From: Planctomycetota bacterium
GTDB lineage: Bacteria > Planctomycetota > Phycisphaerae > Phycisphaerales > SM1A02
Direction: 5' to 3'
DNA: 64,000 nucleotides
Assembly (NCBI GenBank): GCA_022574595.1
Contig: JACZRS010000016.1
Span: 5,589 to 69,588 of the forward strand
Shown: positions 38,313 through 48,851 of the stretch, piece by piece
How the letters are laid out: every line of letters begins with the position of its first letter
Position numbering within the stretch: the stretch's first letter is position 1
Program-made: the position numbers and the translations under genes
The notes under the pieces: generated by a model
What the model saw: only the letters and a program-made list of their open reading frames with translations
Databases searched by the model: none
What the model was told of the DNA's origin: nothing

Positions 38313-38654
38313 GCAAGTATTTTAGCATCACAATAGCTAAACGCCATTTCGCATATCAATCCCCTCCCCGACGCCAATGGATAGCAATCCATTGGGTTTC
38401 CCATAGAGTTGATATGTATTGCATGGCGCAATGGGCAGCACTTGGTATACGAGCGCGAACCGGGTTGACACAACCCGGCTCGCTGTAGCATAAATATCCG
38501 CTACAATCACGTAGTGAACAAGATCGAGAGACTTGATCACATACCCGATCGCTGAACAGCTCAAATGTAACGGCACGAAAGAACGTTGCATATAACAACT
38601 TGAGCGGAATGTCTGAATGTACTGGAGAGCATAACGACACAGGAGTAGCGTGCT

Positions 38655-38852
38655 ATGACGAAGGCTGAAACGAACATCGCCATGGTAGTCCTAATGATAG
38701 GAGGTCCTATCGTCGGAGGCCTTGTCGTTCGTGGGGAGACCGACAACCCCGTGCTGATGCTCGTAGGAGTTGTTATTGCGTTCGGGTCGTGGGTGATCGC
38801 CATCACCTTGGGCAAGAAGAAGCCGACGGATAGCAATGGGGGAAACGAATGA
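38655..38852 (+). CDS. small hydrophobic protein (65 aa, 2 TM)
   Basis: ORF plus hydrophobicity only. Confidence 0.25.
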   Translation: MTKAETNIAMVVLMIGGPIVGGLVVRGETDNPVLMLVGVVIAFGSWVIAITLGKKKPTDSNGGNE

Positions 38853-38977
38853 CAAATGAAGAGCAGGGACAGTAGGGTTGCGCGGAGCGCGTTCGGAGTA
38901 CCACCGCACTGAATAGTCTACAATGTCTGTATAGTCCACATGTTTCTAGTAGAACTGCTTATTGTCCTGCTTCTATA

Positions 38978-39024
38978 TATTAGGGACAGTCACCTATTAA
39001 TTAAATAGGTGACTGTCCCTAATA
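38978..39024. repeat. perfect 21-bp inverted repeat (TATTAGGGACAGTCACCTATT / AATAGGTGACTGTCCCTAATA) with a 5-nt spacer, located between convergent genes
   Basis: read directly; flanked by AT-rich sequence; candidate bidirectional terminator or protein-binding site. Confidence 0.6.
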
Positions 39025-39073
39025 TAATATCGCTTTGTCATGGCCTACTGGCAAACCAGGCTAAACCTTTGCA

Positions 39074-40189
39074 TCAGACAGGAAATCGAGGCTGCGGCGA
39101 GGCCTTGTTGCTCTCTTCTTGTATTGCTTCCATCATCGGTTTGAGTTCCTCTAGAATTTTCTTACTTCGCTCTGCCGAAACAGGCTCTGTTGTTGTTTGC
39201 GGTACGAATCGCCCCCAATGCTTGATCCACAGTTCTTTAATTAGTGATTGTTCATTCGGTTCGGCTTGAGAAGATTCTTTGCGCTCCTCCACTAACTCTT
39301 TCAGAGCTTGGTGCATCGTATCTCGCTTTACAAAGCTCTGATCCTCTTTCAAAACAAGTGGTGCGAGTTGCTCGTGAAGTTTGTCACCGGAACAGAATAT
39401 GTAAGCGAAGGGTGTATAGTAGAGATATTCAACATCTACGGCATTCGTCGGTTTGGTTCCTAGAATCCCATGGCTCATACCGATGCAGAACAGCATCTGC
39501 ACACGTAGACAGTGAAATGCATACGGGGCAAACTCATTGATAGACACGTAATCATTGACACTCCAGCGGTGATGAATCCAATCTCGGATGTAAGGCTTGC
39601 ATTGGAGATAGACAAGAAATAAATCTAATAAACGAATCTGGGAATCTTGTTCTGCCAACATGTTATCTACAAACATCTTGAGATCTTCTAGTGAACGGAT
39701 CCTCATAGGCGGCTTTGGCAGATTCTTCTTCGTTCCCTCGAGGTCGAATGATTGTATAGTCTGACGCCAGCGAACTGCAAAATCACGATCGGCTTGAGTG
39801 ATTTCTCCTGCTCGCCAACGCAGCACAGCTTCATTCTCTGGCTGAACAGGTATGAAGTTACCCTTCTTTCCATCTTTAGAAATAACTTCCCGCGCTCCTC
39901 CTACCAATGGACGCCGATCCATATTGATTTTAATTCCAAGGAGATTATGAATACAAATCGGTTGGTAGTGAATATTAGTGATCGAGTCACTCGGCATCAC
40001 CTTGTTAGCTAATTCAGCCACTTTTTTCTTTGAGGCATCCGGGTCGTCTTTAATGAGCGCTAAGTCTGCGAGTATTTCGTATAGAAGTACTGGAGGATAT
40101 ACAGTGTGAAAATAACGACTGACCTCGTAGATTGACTGCTGCCCAAGCGACTGGATGGCAGATTTGTCGAAAATGATGGACGGACCCAC
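39074..40189 (-). CDS. hypothetical protein in an AT-rich segment; the N-terminus IIFDKSAIQSL is weakly PIN-like
   Basis: 371-aa ORF; GC clearly below the neighbouring genes; no solid motif. Confidence 0.35.
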   Translation of the reverse strand: MGPSIIFDKSAIQSLGQQSIYEVSRYFHTVYPPVLLYEILADLALIKDDPDASKKKVAELANKVMPSDSITNIHYQPICIHNLLGIKINMDRRPLVGGAREVISKDGKKGNFIPVQPENEAVLRWRAGEITQADRDFAVRWRQTIQSFDLEGTKKNLPKPPMRIRSLEDLKMFVDNMLAEQDSQIRLLDLFLVYLQCKPYIRDWIHHRWSVNDYVSINEFAPYAFHCLRVQMLFCIGMSHGILGTKPTNAVDVEYLYYTPFAYIFCSGDKLHEQLAPLVLKEDQSFVKRDTMHQALKELVEERKESSQAEPNEQSLIKELWIKHWGRFVPQTTTEPVSAERSKKILEELKPMMEAIQEESNKASPQPRFPV

Positions 40190-40218
40190 ACTTACTCCTA
40201 AATACCCACGCTAAAGCT

Positions 40219-42552
40219 GTGATCCAGCAACATAAGAAATTAGATGTCATAATTTTAGTGCCCGAGTCGGTGATCGGCAAATCCGCTACAATTACCGCTA
40301 TGAGTACGGTCGAATCGGAATCTATAATAATAAGCGACGAACAAGAAACACGCATCCTTGAAACGGTCAAACAATTCTGGGGGTTTGATGGTTTGTGGCC
40401 ATTGCAGCGCCAAGCTATTCAAGCTGGTTTACAACAACGCGATTCGATGGTGGTCATGCCTACCGGCGGCGGCAAGTCGTTGTGTTATCAGATACCGCCA
40501 ATCCTGCAGCAGCGCACGGATATAGTAGTCTCCCCTTTGATCTCGCTAATGAAGGATCAAGTAGACGGCCTCAAAGCATGTGGCTATCCGGCTGAGGCGA
40601 TCCATAGCCATCTTGATGAATCCCAAAGAGATGTCGTCTTTGATCGGCTAAACGCTGGCCAAGTGCGATTACTGTTTGTTTCACCTGAACGGTTAATCAG
40701 GTCATCCTTCATGAGTTTAGTCAAGCGGTTAGGCGTAACATCCTTTGCCATTGACGAAGCGCATTGTATTAGTCATTGGGGCCATAGCTTTAGGCCTGAG
40801 TATCGACAACTTTCATTGCTCAAAGAGCGATTCGGTAAGGTGAGCGTTCATGCATATACCGCCACTGCCACGCCGCGCGTTCGTCAAGATATAATCGAGC
40901 AATTGCATCTAGATGATCCTGATGTTCTAGTAGGGAACTTTGATCGGGAGAATTTAGTTTATCGCATCCTGCCTCGTGTTGATTTGTACGCACAGGTTAT
41001 TGAGGTAATTCGCAGACATCCACAGGAAGCAGTGATCGTATATTGCATCTCGCGCAATGACACGGAAAGATTGGCTTCGGTACTAAGCGCTAATGGGATC
41101 AACGCAGCTGCATACCACGCGGGTATGACTCCCACTCAACGTCGCAAAACACAAGACAAGTTTGCTGTGGATCGCCTGGATGTGATCGTCGCTACAGTCG
41201 CTTTTGGGATGGGGATAGACCGATCCAATGTGAGATGTGTAATTCACGCGGCAATGCCCAAATCGATCGAACATTATCAGCAGGAAACGGGGCGTGCGGG
41301 GCGAGATGGCCTCGAAGCTGAATGTGTGATGCTATATTCCGCAGCCGATTTTCTGAAGTGGACACGCTTGTTTGAACGCAGTGCTGAAGAAGCTGAGGAT
41401 GAAGATGCTATTACGATTGTCAAAGCTCAGTCTGAGCTTTTGAGGCATATGCAGGGATTGTGCAGCACGATTCAATGTCGCCATCGTGCCCTATCTCAGT
41501 ACTTTGGTCAGGAATACCAATCAACCGATTGCAAAGCCTGCGATGTTTGCCTTGGGGAATCTGAGGCCATGGCCGATTCCACAATCATTGCGCGCAAGAT
41601 TCTCTCTTGTGTTGCAAGATTAGGGCTGATGAACCAAGCTATGGGGGTTACGCATGTATCAAGCATCTTGCGGGGAGCGAATACTGAGGCGATCCGTAAT
41701 TGGAGGCACGATCAACTCAGCACTTATGGATTGCTCAGCGATTTTACTGAAAAGATTGTTACGAATTTCATTTATCAATTAATTGATTTGAGATTGATTC
41801 GTCAAACCAGCGGTGATCGGCCGGTGCTTGGGCTTGCTGAGAAGGCGCATCCGGTGCTGCGTGGTGAAGAAGAGATTGCATTGGTTGATCCACTGCATGG
41901 TGTTGTCGCGAAGCCGCGAGCGGCGGAGGTTTCCTGGGAAGGTGTTGATCGCGAGCTGTTTGAACATCTACGCCTATTGCGAAAAGAAATCGCACAGGAA
42001 CGCTCGGTTCCTGCGTTTGTAATATTCGGCGACAAAACACTGCGATCCATGGCTAGTATTCGCCCTACCAATCAACAAACATTACGACAGGTCCATGGCG
42101 TAGGCGAAAAGAAACTTGCCGATCCAGGGCCGGAATTCCTGTCAGCGATTATTGAATATTGCTCAGAAAACAATTTAGAAACAGATCAGGATGAGGATGA
42201 CTCAACTGAGCTTCAAATTGTCGTACCTAAGTTTACGAAGCCGAACCCGCAGCGCGATAAGGCAATGAAGATGTTTGCACTGGGCGCAGCGATAAATGTC
42301 GTTGCAACGGAAATTCAAAGAGCTCCGGGCACAGTGTCCGGCTACCTGGAATATTTTATCGAAGATCACAAACTCAAAAGCGTCGATTCATGGGTCGATG
42401 AGCCCACCTATAACAAAGTTTCAGCAGCAATTGATGCAGTGGGAATGGACGCACTAAGTCCAATCTTTAAGCATCTAAAGGAAGAAATTCCCTACGACAC
42501 AATCCGCATAGTCGCAGCGCATCTACGAGTTAGATGCGAAGCCGAAATTTAA
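40219..42552 (+). CDS. recQ: ATP-dependent DNA helicase RecQ (true start possibly the ATG at 40300)
   Basis: helicase motifs PTGGGKSLCYQIP, DEAHCISHWGHSFRPEY and GRAGRDG; zinc-binding Cys cluster; HRDC-like region. Confidence 0.85.
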   Translation: MIQQHKKLDVIILVPESVIGKSATITAMSTVESESIIISDEQETRILETVKQFWGFDGLWPLQRQAIQAGLQQRDSMVVMPTGGGKSLCYQIPPILQQRTDIVVSPLISLMKDQVDGLKACGYPAEAIHSHLDESQRDVVFDRLNAGQVRLLFVSPERLIRSSFMSLVKRLGVTSFAIDEAHCISHWGHSFRPEYRQLSLLKERFGKVSVHAYTATATPRVRQDIIEQLHLDDPDVLVGNFDRENLVYRILPRVDLYAQVIEVIRRHPQEAVIVYCISRNDTERLASVLSANGINAAAYHAGMTPTQRRKTQDKFAVDRLDVIVATVAFGMGIDRSNVRCVIHAAMPKSIEHYQQETGRAGRDGLEAECVMLYSAADFLKWTRLFERSAEEAEDEDAITIVKAQSELLRHMQGLCSTIQCRHRALSQYFGQEYQSTDCKACDVCLGESEAMADSTIIARKILSCVARLGLMNQAMGVTHVSSILRGANTEAIRNWRHDQLSTYGLLSDFTEKIVTNFIYQLIDLRLIRQTSGDRPVLGLAEKAHPVLRGEEEIALVDPLHGVVAKPRAAEVSWEGVDRELFEHLRLLRKEIAQERSVPAFVIFGDKTLRSMASIRPTNQQTLRQVHGVGEKKLADPGPEFLSAIIEYCSENNLETDQDEDDSTELQIVVPKFTKPNPQRDKAMKMFALGAAINVVATEIQRAPGTVSGYLEYFIEDHKLKSVDSWVDEPTYNKVSAAIDAVGMDALSPIFKHLKEEIPYDTIRIVAAHLRVRCEAEI

Positions 42553-43182
42553 GAAGCCTTTGCAGAATAATCAGCAGTTACCAATAGACATAAAAAAGGC
42601 TTCCGCGAATTGCGAAAGCCTTATTTGGCAGTCCAAGGATCTGGACACGTCACCCCAATTGCCCTAAAAGGGCAGCGAAGGTACGTGACCTTCACCTTGA
42701 CGCTTGCCACGAACTAAAAGCACCCGAAGGTACTTTCGTTCTAACTGATCGTGAAACGTATCCGCGACCAGTAACTTTTGACGTGATTGCAAATCTGCCA
42801 CGTACGAGACGTTCCCAACCACGTCCGCTATGGTGAAGTTCAAACCCTCGCTTGCTCCGCACCAAAGGATTGGCGATTAACTGTAATGGGCAACCTGGAT
42901 CGGAAACATCAAGTCGGTCGAGACCTCCTGTCCGCAACCGCCGATGGTTAATCCAAGACAGCAATGCACCCGAAGCGTTTCCTCAGAAACGTTCCGCCGG
43001 GCTTATACCCGGGATCAACTTGTTCATGTCGCCTAGCTCTTCGCATCTCGGGGTAGAGTTGCGTTCGCAAAATCCGACACAAAGTCGCCGAACGTATGAA
43101 AATCTAGCGAATGCTTCTAACCTTGCAAGTGTTGTAAGAAATTGTGGAAGAGCGGTGTGAAAACTGTTTAATAAAACAGAAA

Positions 43183-44355
43183 TCACAGGCCTTGGCTTAT
43201 CCAACCACCACATATGACCACTTCTTCGTCATAGCACACAACAGCTTGACCTGGCGCAACTGCAAACTGCGGCTCATCAAACTGCACTTCCAAATCACCT
43301 GCCTCAGAATTATGGATTTGCCTCATATTTGCCGGTACTGGCTGTGCGTTATAGCGGATCTTCACAGTACATTTAATCCACTCATCATCTACCGGCTCAA
43401 TAAACCAATTACACTCTGTGGCCAAGCAGCCAATCGAGTCGAGATCTTCGCGCTCACCAACTGTTATTTGATTTGACTGTGGATCCTTGCTTACTACATA
43501 TAAAGGATAGCCCGCTGCGATGGCTAAGCCGCGCCTTTGCCCAACTGTAAAATGTTGATGGCCGGGATGCTCACCTATTTGATTGCCCTTGGTATCAACA
43601 ATCGTGCCCGCAGTTACAGCTTCAGGTGTACGCCGTTTCACTAACCCTGCATAATCATTATCCGGTACAAAACAAATTTCCTGCGAGTCCGGCTTATCAA
43701 ACACCGGCAAATCAAACTCCTTAGCTAATCGGCGAACATCACTCTTTTGATACCCACCAATCGGAAGCAGCATTTCGCCAAGCCTATCTTGCGGCGAACC
43801 AAAAAGAACGTAGCTTTGATCCTTATCCTTATCTACTGCTTGCATTAGCTTTGGGTGATGCGGATCACTACGATCAATTTGTGCGTAATGACCGGATGCA
43901 ACAAACTCTGCACCAAGCTGCTTGGCGTAAGTGTGAAGTTTGCCGAACTTCAGCCAATCGTTGCAGCGAACGCAAGGGTTTGGCGTTCTCCCCGCATTAT
44001 ACTCATCCACGAAATAATCAATGATGCGCCCAAAGTCTTTCTTGAAATTGCAAACATAAAAAGGGATATCCAAACGTGCAGCTACCAATCGTGCATCCGC
44101 TGCATCATTAATGGAACAACATCCCTGATGTCCAATTTTCAGCTTGACTGTATTGCAAGCTTGTTCATCATCAGGCAACAATTCATCAAGCGTTTCACCC
44201 GGCGAACCAAGCCGCATGAAACAGCCAATGACTTCATGCCCCTGACGCTTCAATAGCGCAGCAGCAACGGACGAATCCACACCGCCCGACATAGCTACAA
44301 GAATTTTCGTAAGTTTTATAGCCATCGCCAGATTGTAGGTAAGCATATGGCTCAA
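43183..44355 (-). CDS. mnmA: tRNA 2-thiouridine(34) synthase
   Basis: PP-loop [10 protein letters not shown]; conserved Cys residues; C-terminal beta-barrel region. Confidence 0.9.
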   Translation of the reverse strand: MSHMLTYNLAMAIKLTKILVAMSGGVDSSVAAALLKRQGHEVIGCFMRLGSPGETLDELLPDDEQACNTVKLKIGHQGCCSINDAADARLVAARLDIPFYVCNFKKDFGRIIDYFVDEYNAGRTPNPCVRCNDWLKFGKLHTYAKQLGAEFVASGHYAQIDRSDPHHPKLMQAVDKDKDQSYVLFGSPQDRLGEMLLPIGGYQKSDVRRLAKEFDLPVFDKPDSQEICFVPDNDYAGLVKRRTPEAVTAGTIVDTKGNQIGEHPGHQHFTVGQRRGLAIAAGYPLYVVSKDPQSNQITVGEREDLDSIGCLATECNWFIEPVDDEWIKCTVKIRYNAQPVPANMRQIHNSEAGDLEVQFDEPQFAVAPGQAVVCYDEEVVICGGWISQGL

Positions 44356-44540
44356 ACGAAATAAGCAGATTAACCTTTATATAAACTTACAATGCACTAG
44401 TTAAAAACGCTCTGCGGCGATTAAACAGCGTGATAAACCGCGAGACAGAGCCCGCCTACAATAGATACAGGGCTTCTCGCGACTCTGGCAAACGCCCCAG
44501 AAGCGTGTTATGCTGACATAAGATCAAAGTAACGCACATT

Positions 44541-44999
44541 TTGCGGATCGAGCTAATTATGGTTGTTGAGGTGAAGAGAATGCAATGCAAACGCGGGATA
44601 GGCGTATTCCAGTGGAATACTGGTGGCTGGTTTGGCACACAGGTAGGTTCAACGTGCTGGCTCTTCTTTGCTGCGATTGCATTTCTCAGACAGTCTCCGC
44701 CACTCGCGGCCTTGCTGTTTGGATGCTTTGGCTTAGCCAACCTTGTCGGCACACTTATTTGGACGGGCAGAGGTAAGCTTGACCCCTATCGAGCTATTCA
44801 AGTCCTACTGCTGATCATCTTAGTATTCACTACGATCGCAATGGTGTCTGCAGATTGGCTCGGATTTATGAAAGAACTCGATCAACGGGTCAAGAATCCC
44901 AGACTTCTATACCTCGTGTTGCTGATATTTCCAGCGTTAATGACGATGTTTCACTTCCAGAATAAAGTGAAGTCGAGAGAGACAGAAACGAACTCATGA
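44541..44999 (+). CDS. hypothetical membrane protein
   Basis: four predicted TM segments; no motif. Confidence 0.35.
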   Translation: MRIELIMVVEVKRMQCKRGIGVFQWNTGGWFGTQVGSTCWLFFAAIAFLRQSPPLAALLFGCFGLANLVGTLIWTGRGKLDPYRAIQVLLLIILVFTTIAMVSADWLGFMKELDQRVKNPRLLYLVLLIFPALMTMFHFQNKVKSRETETNS

Positions 45000-45305
45000 C
45001 AAGTCAATGTACCTGACCACAAAACTGCCGCTTTGGGCAGATGAGTTCAAGCGGTTCCATGCGTCCGTAGGTCGCGTTGACTGAACTATCCAGATCGAGG
45101 ATCAACATCTTCATCGGACGGCCTTGGCGAGAGAGTAATGAGCGTGAAGTTCATCTTTAGATAGCCACGTACGGGCTGGGAAGCCCATGCCAGTAGGAAT
45201 AAAGCCACATACGGGCGAGATCCCGATGAAATCTGGATGCTACTGGAACTGGTTACAACCTGTCTATTAGACGATAGCGCCAACTACTTCCGCTAAATTC
45301 CGGGG

Positions 45306-46271
45306 GTGATTTATGCTGGGATTGATGAAGCGGGCTATGGGCCTATGCTGGGACCGCTGTGCATTGGTTGCACTGCGTTTGCTATTGATGCGGCCGATCA
45401 CTCACAAGGCGTGCCCAATCTGTGGCGAACACTTAGCCGCGCAGTTTGCAAAAACGTGCGTGACAAGAAACACCGCATCGCTATTGATGATTCCAAGAAA
45501 CTTAAAGGTGCAAAGTCTGCAACAAGTCATCCACTAACACGACTTGAGCGTGGCGTGCTTTCGTTCTTACTTACTAAAAGTGAATTACCTACCACAGATC
45601 AAGAGTTCTTTGAACGTTTAGCAATCGCTAGCCCCAACGAGCCGTGGTATGATTCAACTACTTTATTACCACTTGCTAACGATCCCAATCAGCTTCGCGT
45701 TTCATGTGCACGATTATCACATACCTTTTATAATGCTGGCGTTCGCTGCGAAGCTATGAAATGTGCGGTTATTGATGCGGGCGAATTCAATCGACAAATC
45801 AGCCAAATGCACAATAAAGCCAGCGTGAATATTTGCTGTATCATGCGCTTCATCAACGGGCTTTGGAAGCGTTGGCCAAGTGATGATCTTCGGATTGTTG
45901 TAGATCGCCAGGGCGGCAGAACGCGCTATCTAGAGATCCTGCAATTGAGCTTTGAAGATGCACAAATTCGCATACTTGGGGAATCTCCAAGCGAGAGCCG
46001 TTACCAGCTTTGCTGTGGCAGAAATACCATGAAGCTCAGCTTCCTGCGTGAGGCAGAATCGCAGCATCTTCCGGTTGCGTTGGCGTCGATGATCGCAAAA
46101 TACGTCAGAGAGCTGCGAATGCTGCGCTTAAATCGCTTCTTTCAGGAGCAAATGCCTGCTCTTGCCCCAACTGCTGGATATGTGAAGGACGCTCGCCGAT
46201 ATCTGGCTCAGATCGAGCCGGTCATTGATCGCTTGGGCCTTAAGCGATCTGAGCTGATCCGAACGGTTTGA
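45306..46271 (+). CDS. rnhB: ribonuclease HII-like protein with a C-terminal extension
   Basis: GIDEAGYGPMLGPL and IAIDDSKKL motifs (the RNase HII active-site DEDD region). Confidence 0.65.
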   Translation: MIYAGIDEAGYGPMLGPLCIGCTAFAIDAADHSQGVPNLWRTLSRAVCKNVRDKKHRIAIDDSKKLKGAKSATSHPLTRLERGVLSFLLTKSELPTTDQEFFERLAIASPNEPWYDSTTLLPLANDPNQLRVSCARLSHTFYNAGVRCEAMKCAVIDAGEFNRQISQMHNKASVNICCIMRFINGLWKRWPSDDLRIVVDRQGGRTRYLEILQLSFEDAQIRILGESPSESRYQLCCGRNTMKLSFLREAESQHLPVALASMIAKYVRELRMLRLNRFFQEQMPALAPTAGYVKDARRYLAQIEPVIDRLGLKRSELIRTV

Positions 46272-46320
46272 TCGGTCAAAATCGCCCAGCTATGGTTTGG
46301 GTCTTCTGAGGCCTGAGGCG

Positions 46321-46348
46321 TTGACTTGAGGTAATGATGCTCTACAAT
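46321..46348 (+). promoter_or_regulatory. sigma-70-type promoter (TTGACT - 16 nt - TACAAT) driving a ~320-nt leader of the fusA-like gene
   Basis: read directly from sequence. Confidence 0.4.
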
Positions 46349-46677
46349 CTATCTGCCCCCAGTTCTAACGATTTTGGGGGTTGTTGTTCGAAGTAAGCAT
46401 TCTTCTTCTATATAGCCAGCCTTTAGTGGCTAGCAGCTTAAGGAGTCGACCGTTGCTTGAAGAAGCTGAGGAAGCCCACTTACGCTAAAAGGTCCCCGGG
46501 CCTGGCGTGAGTCGGGCAAATTACGTGGGACCGAAACCCCCTGCTGACCGTTCGGTGAAAAGGCCAGGGGAATCGGCCTATAACTGCAAACATTCCACGG
46601 GCCGCCATTGGTTGGTCGTCCGGTGTGTGTGATTCAACTAATAGAGCGAAGCTCTAAGCTTCGCAGGTGTAATTAAG

Positions 46678-48792
46678 ATGACTGTTGACCTTGAGAGAGT
46701 TAGAAACATCGGTATCTGTGCTCACATTGATGCGGGCAAGACTACTGTAACTGAGCGCGTACTCTTTTATACAGGTCGCAGCTACAAGATTGGCGAGGTC
46801 CACGAAGGTACAGCCACCATGGACTTCCTAGCTGAAGAGCAAGAGCGTGGCATAACTATTCAGGCTGCTGCTACGACTTGCCCCTGGGAATACAATGGCC
46901 ATACCTACACAATCAACCTCATCGACACGCCAGGCCACGTCGATTTTACTATCGAAGTTGAACGCTCGCTTCGTGTTCTCGACGGTGCAGTAGCGATCTT
47001 TGATGGCAAGGAAGGCGTTGAAGCTCAATCTGAAACAGTTTGGCGACAAGCGGATCGCTACGAAGTTCCACGCATCTGCTTCATCAATAAAATGGACAAG
47101 ATTGGTGCCGACTTTGAGTTCAGCTTTAAGTCAATAAGAGAACGACTAGGTGCACATCCGATTGCGGTACAGTTGCCGATTGGATCAGGTAACGATTTTG
47201 AAGGCATCATCGATCTTGTAGAGATGAAGGCTTATTACTTTGATGCAGGCGAAATGGGCGCAATCGTTGAGCAGCGACCAATACCCGAAGAATTAGTCGA
47301 AACCGCAACGCTTTGGCGTCACCAACTTGTCGAGCAAGCTGCGGACCTAGATGAATCTCTAACCGAGCAATACATCGAAGATGAATACTCAATCAAACCC
47401 GAGCAAATCAAAGCAGCCTTGCGCATTGGAACCAGGGAACTTCGATGCACACCGGTTTTCTGTGGGGCTGCATTAAAAAATATCGGTATCCAGCGCGTAC
47501 TAAACGGCGTAATCGATTACTTGCCAAACCCAACCGAAGTTAAAGAAATCCAAGGTATTCACCCTCGTAAAGAAGGCGAAATAGTTACTCGCCCGCCATC
47601 AGAAGACGCACCTTTTTCAGCATTAGTATTTAAGGTCGTGTCAGATACGCATGGCGAGCTATCTTACATGCGTGTTTACTCAGGCAAGCTAACTAAAGGC
47701 ACGCGCCTACTTAATTCCAACGTAAACAAAAAAGAAAACGTATCACGCATCTTCGAAATGCACGCAAAAGACCGTCAACCACTTGATTCGGTTGGAGCAG
47801 GACAAATTGTCGCAGTAATCGGTCTGAAACATTCCGCAACAGGTGACACTCTTTGTGATATTGATAAGCCAATCATTTTAGAGCGAATACATTTCCCAGA
47901 TCCGGTTATCACTATGTCCATCGAGCCGCAAACAAACGATGACAAAAAGAAACTCTCTGACGCTATGGCCGTTATACACCGCGAGGATCCCTCATTCCAG
48001 TTCAGTTTTAACGAAGAAACTGGCGAAACAGTTATCGCAGGTATGGGCGAGCTGCATCTTGAAATCGTTAAAAATAAACTCATGCGCGATCGCAAGATCG
48101 CAGTAAACGTTGGCACTCCACGCGTTAGTTATCGTGAAACTGTAACGGGGGCAGCCAACGATGTTCGAGGCAAGTTTGTGAAACAAACAGGCGGCCGAGG
48201 ACAGTTCGGGGATGTAGTAATCAATGTCCGCCACATTACTAAGGATGAGGCTGCTGAACAAGAGATTCAAATGGTTGATGGGGTGGCGTTTGTAGACAAA
48301 ATTTCAGGCGGCGCAATTCCAAGAGAGTACATTCCATCTGTTCGCACTGGTATTCGTAATGCAGCAAAGTCAGGAATCCTGGGCGGATATCCTGTGGTTA
48401 ATATCCTTGTTGAACTTGTTGATGGATCGCATCATGAGGTCGATTCCAGCCAGATCGCGTTTGAACAAGCAGGTGCCCTGGCATTTCGAGAAGGCTGCAC
48501 ACGAGCTAGAATCGCACTTTTAGAGCCGATCATGAAAGTTGTGATCTTAACTCCCGATGAATATTTCGGACCCGTCAGTGGCGATCTGGCCTCCAGGCGT
48601 GGCCAGATCGTTGAAACTGATTTGCGCGGAAACCTAAGGGTAATTACTGCGGACGTCCCGTTATCAGAGATGTTCGGCTACACAACTATCCTTCGGGGTA
48701 TTACACAAGGGCGTGCGTCCAGCTCCATGGAACCCAGCAAGTACCGGTTAATGCCGGATCGTCTTCGCGATGAAATTCTGGCGCGTACGTAA
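46678..48792 (+). CDS. fusA: elongation factor G (stand-alone paralogue, not in an rpsL-rpsG operon)
   Basis: G-domain motifs [24 protein letters not shown]; domains III-V. Confidence 0.9.
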   Translation: MTVDLERVRNIGICAHIDAGKTTVTERVLFYTGRSYKIGEVHEGTATMDFLAEEQERGITIQAAATTCPWEYNGHTYTINLIDTPGHVDFTIEVERSLRVLDGAVAIFDGKEGVEAQSETVWRQADRYEVPRICFINKMDKIGADFEFSFKSIRERLGAHPIAVQLPIGSGNDFEGIIDLVEMKAYYFDAGEMGAIVEQRPIPEELVETATLWRHQLVEQAADLDESLTEQYIEDEYSIKPEQIKAALRIGTRELRCTPVFCGAALKNIGIQRVLNGVIDYLPNPTEVKEIQGIHPRKEGEIVTRPPSEDAPFSALVFKVVSDTHGELSYMRVYSGKLTKGTRLLNSNVNKKENVSRIFEMHAKDRQPLDSVGAGQIVAVIGLKHSATGDTLCDIDKPIILERIHFPDPVITMSIEPQTNDDKKKLSDAMAVIHREDPSFQFSFNEETGETVIAGMGELHLEIVKNKLMRDRKIAVNVGTPRVSYRETVTGAANDVRGKFVKQTGGRGQFGDVVINVRHITKDEAAEQEIQMVDGVAFVDKISGGAIPREYIPSVRTGIRNAAKSGILGGYPVVNILVELVDGSHHEVDSSQIAFEQAGALAFREGCTRARIALLEPIMKVVILTPDEYFGPVSGDLASRRGQIVETDLRGNLRVITADVPLSEMFGYTTILRGITQGRASSSMEPSKYRLMPDRLRDEILART

Positions 48793-48851
48793 TAATCAAC
48801 ATCAGTCGCAGATACTCTATGCGATGAAGGGGGATTTGCAGGCCAGCTATC

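Noticed and set aside
42553-43182. RNase P RNA in the recQ-mnmA spacer
   Set aside because: Only a loose match to the CR-IV/P4 3' strand. The obligatory GGAAAGUCCGG 5' strand and the CR-II GGUGAAA motif are absent on both strands.
45001-45290. Short minus-strand fragments (MNFTLITLSPRPSDEDVDPRSG / ILDLDSSVNATYGRMEPLEL...) that could be a frameshifted small gene
   Set aside because: No recognisable family and no RBS. More likely random ORFs in the rnhB promoter region.
46420-46460. tmRNA tag-like ...GCUAGCAGCUUAA in the fusA leader
   Set aside because: An in-frame stop lies four codons upstream, giving at most W-L-A-A. There is no GGGG 5' end, no T-arm and no pseudoknot signature nearby.
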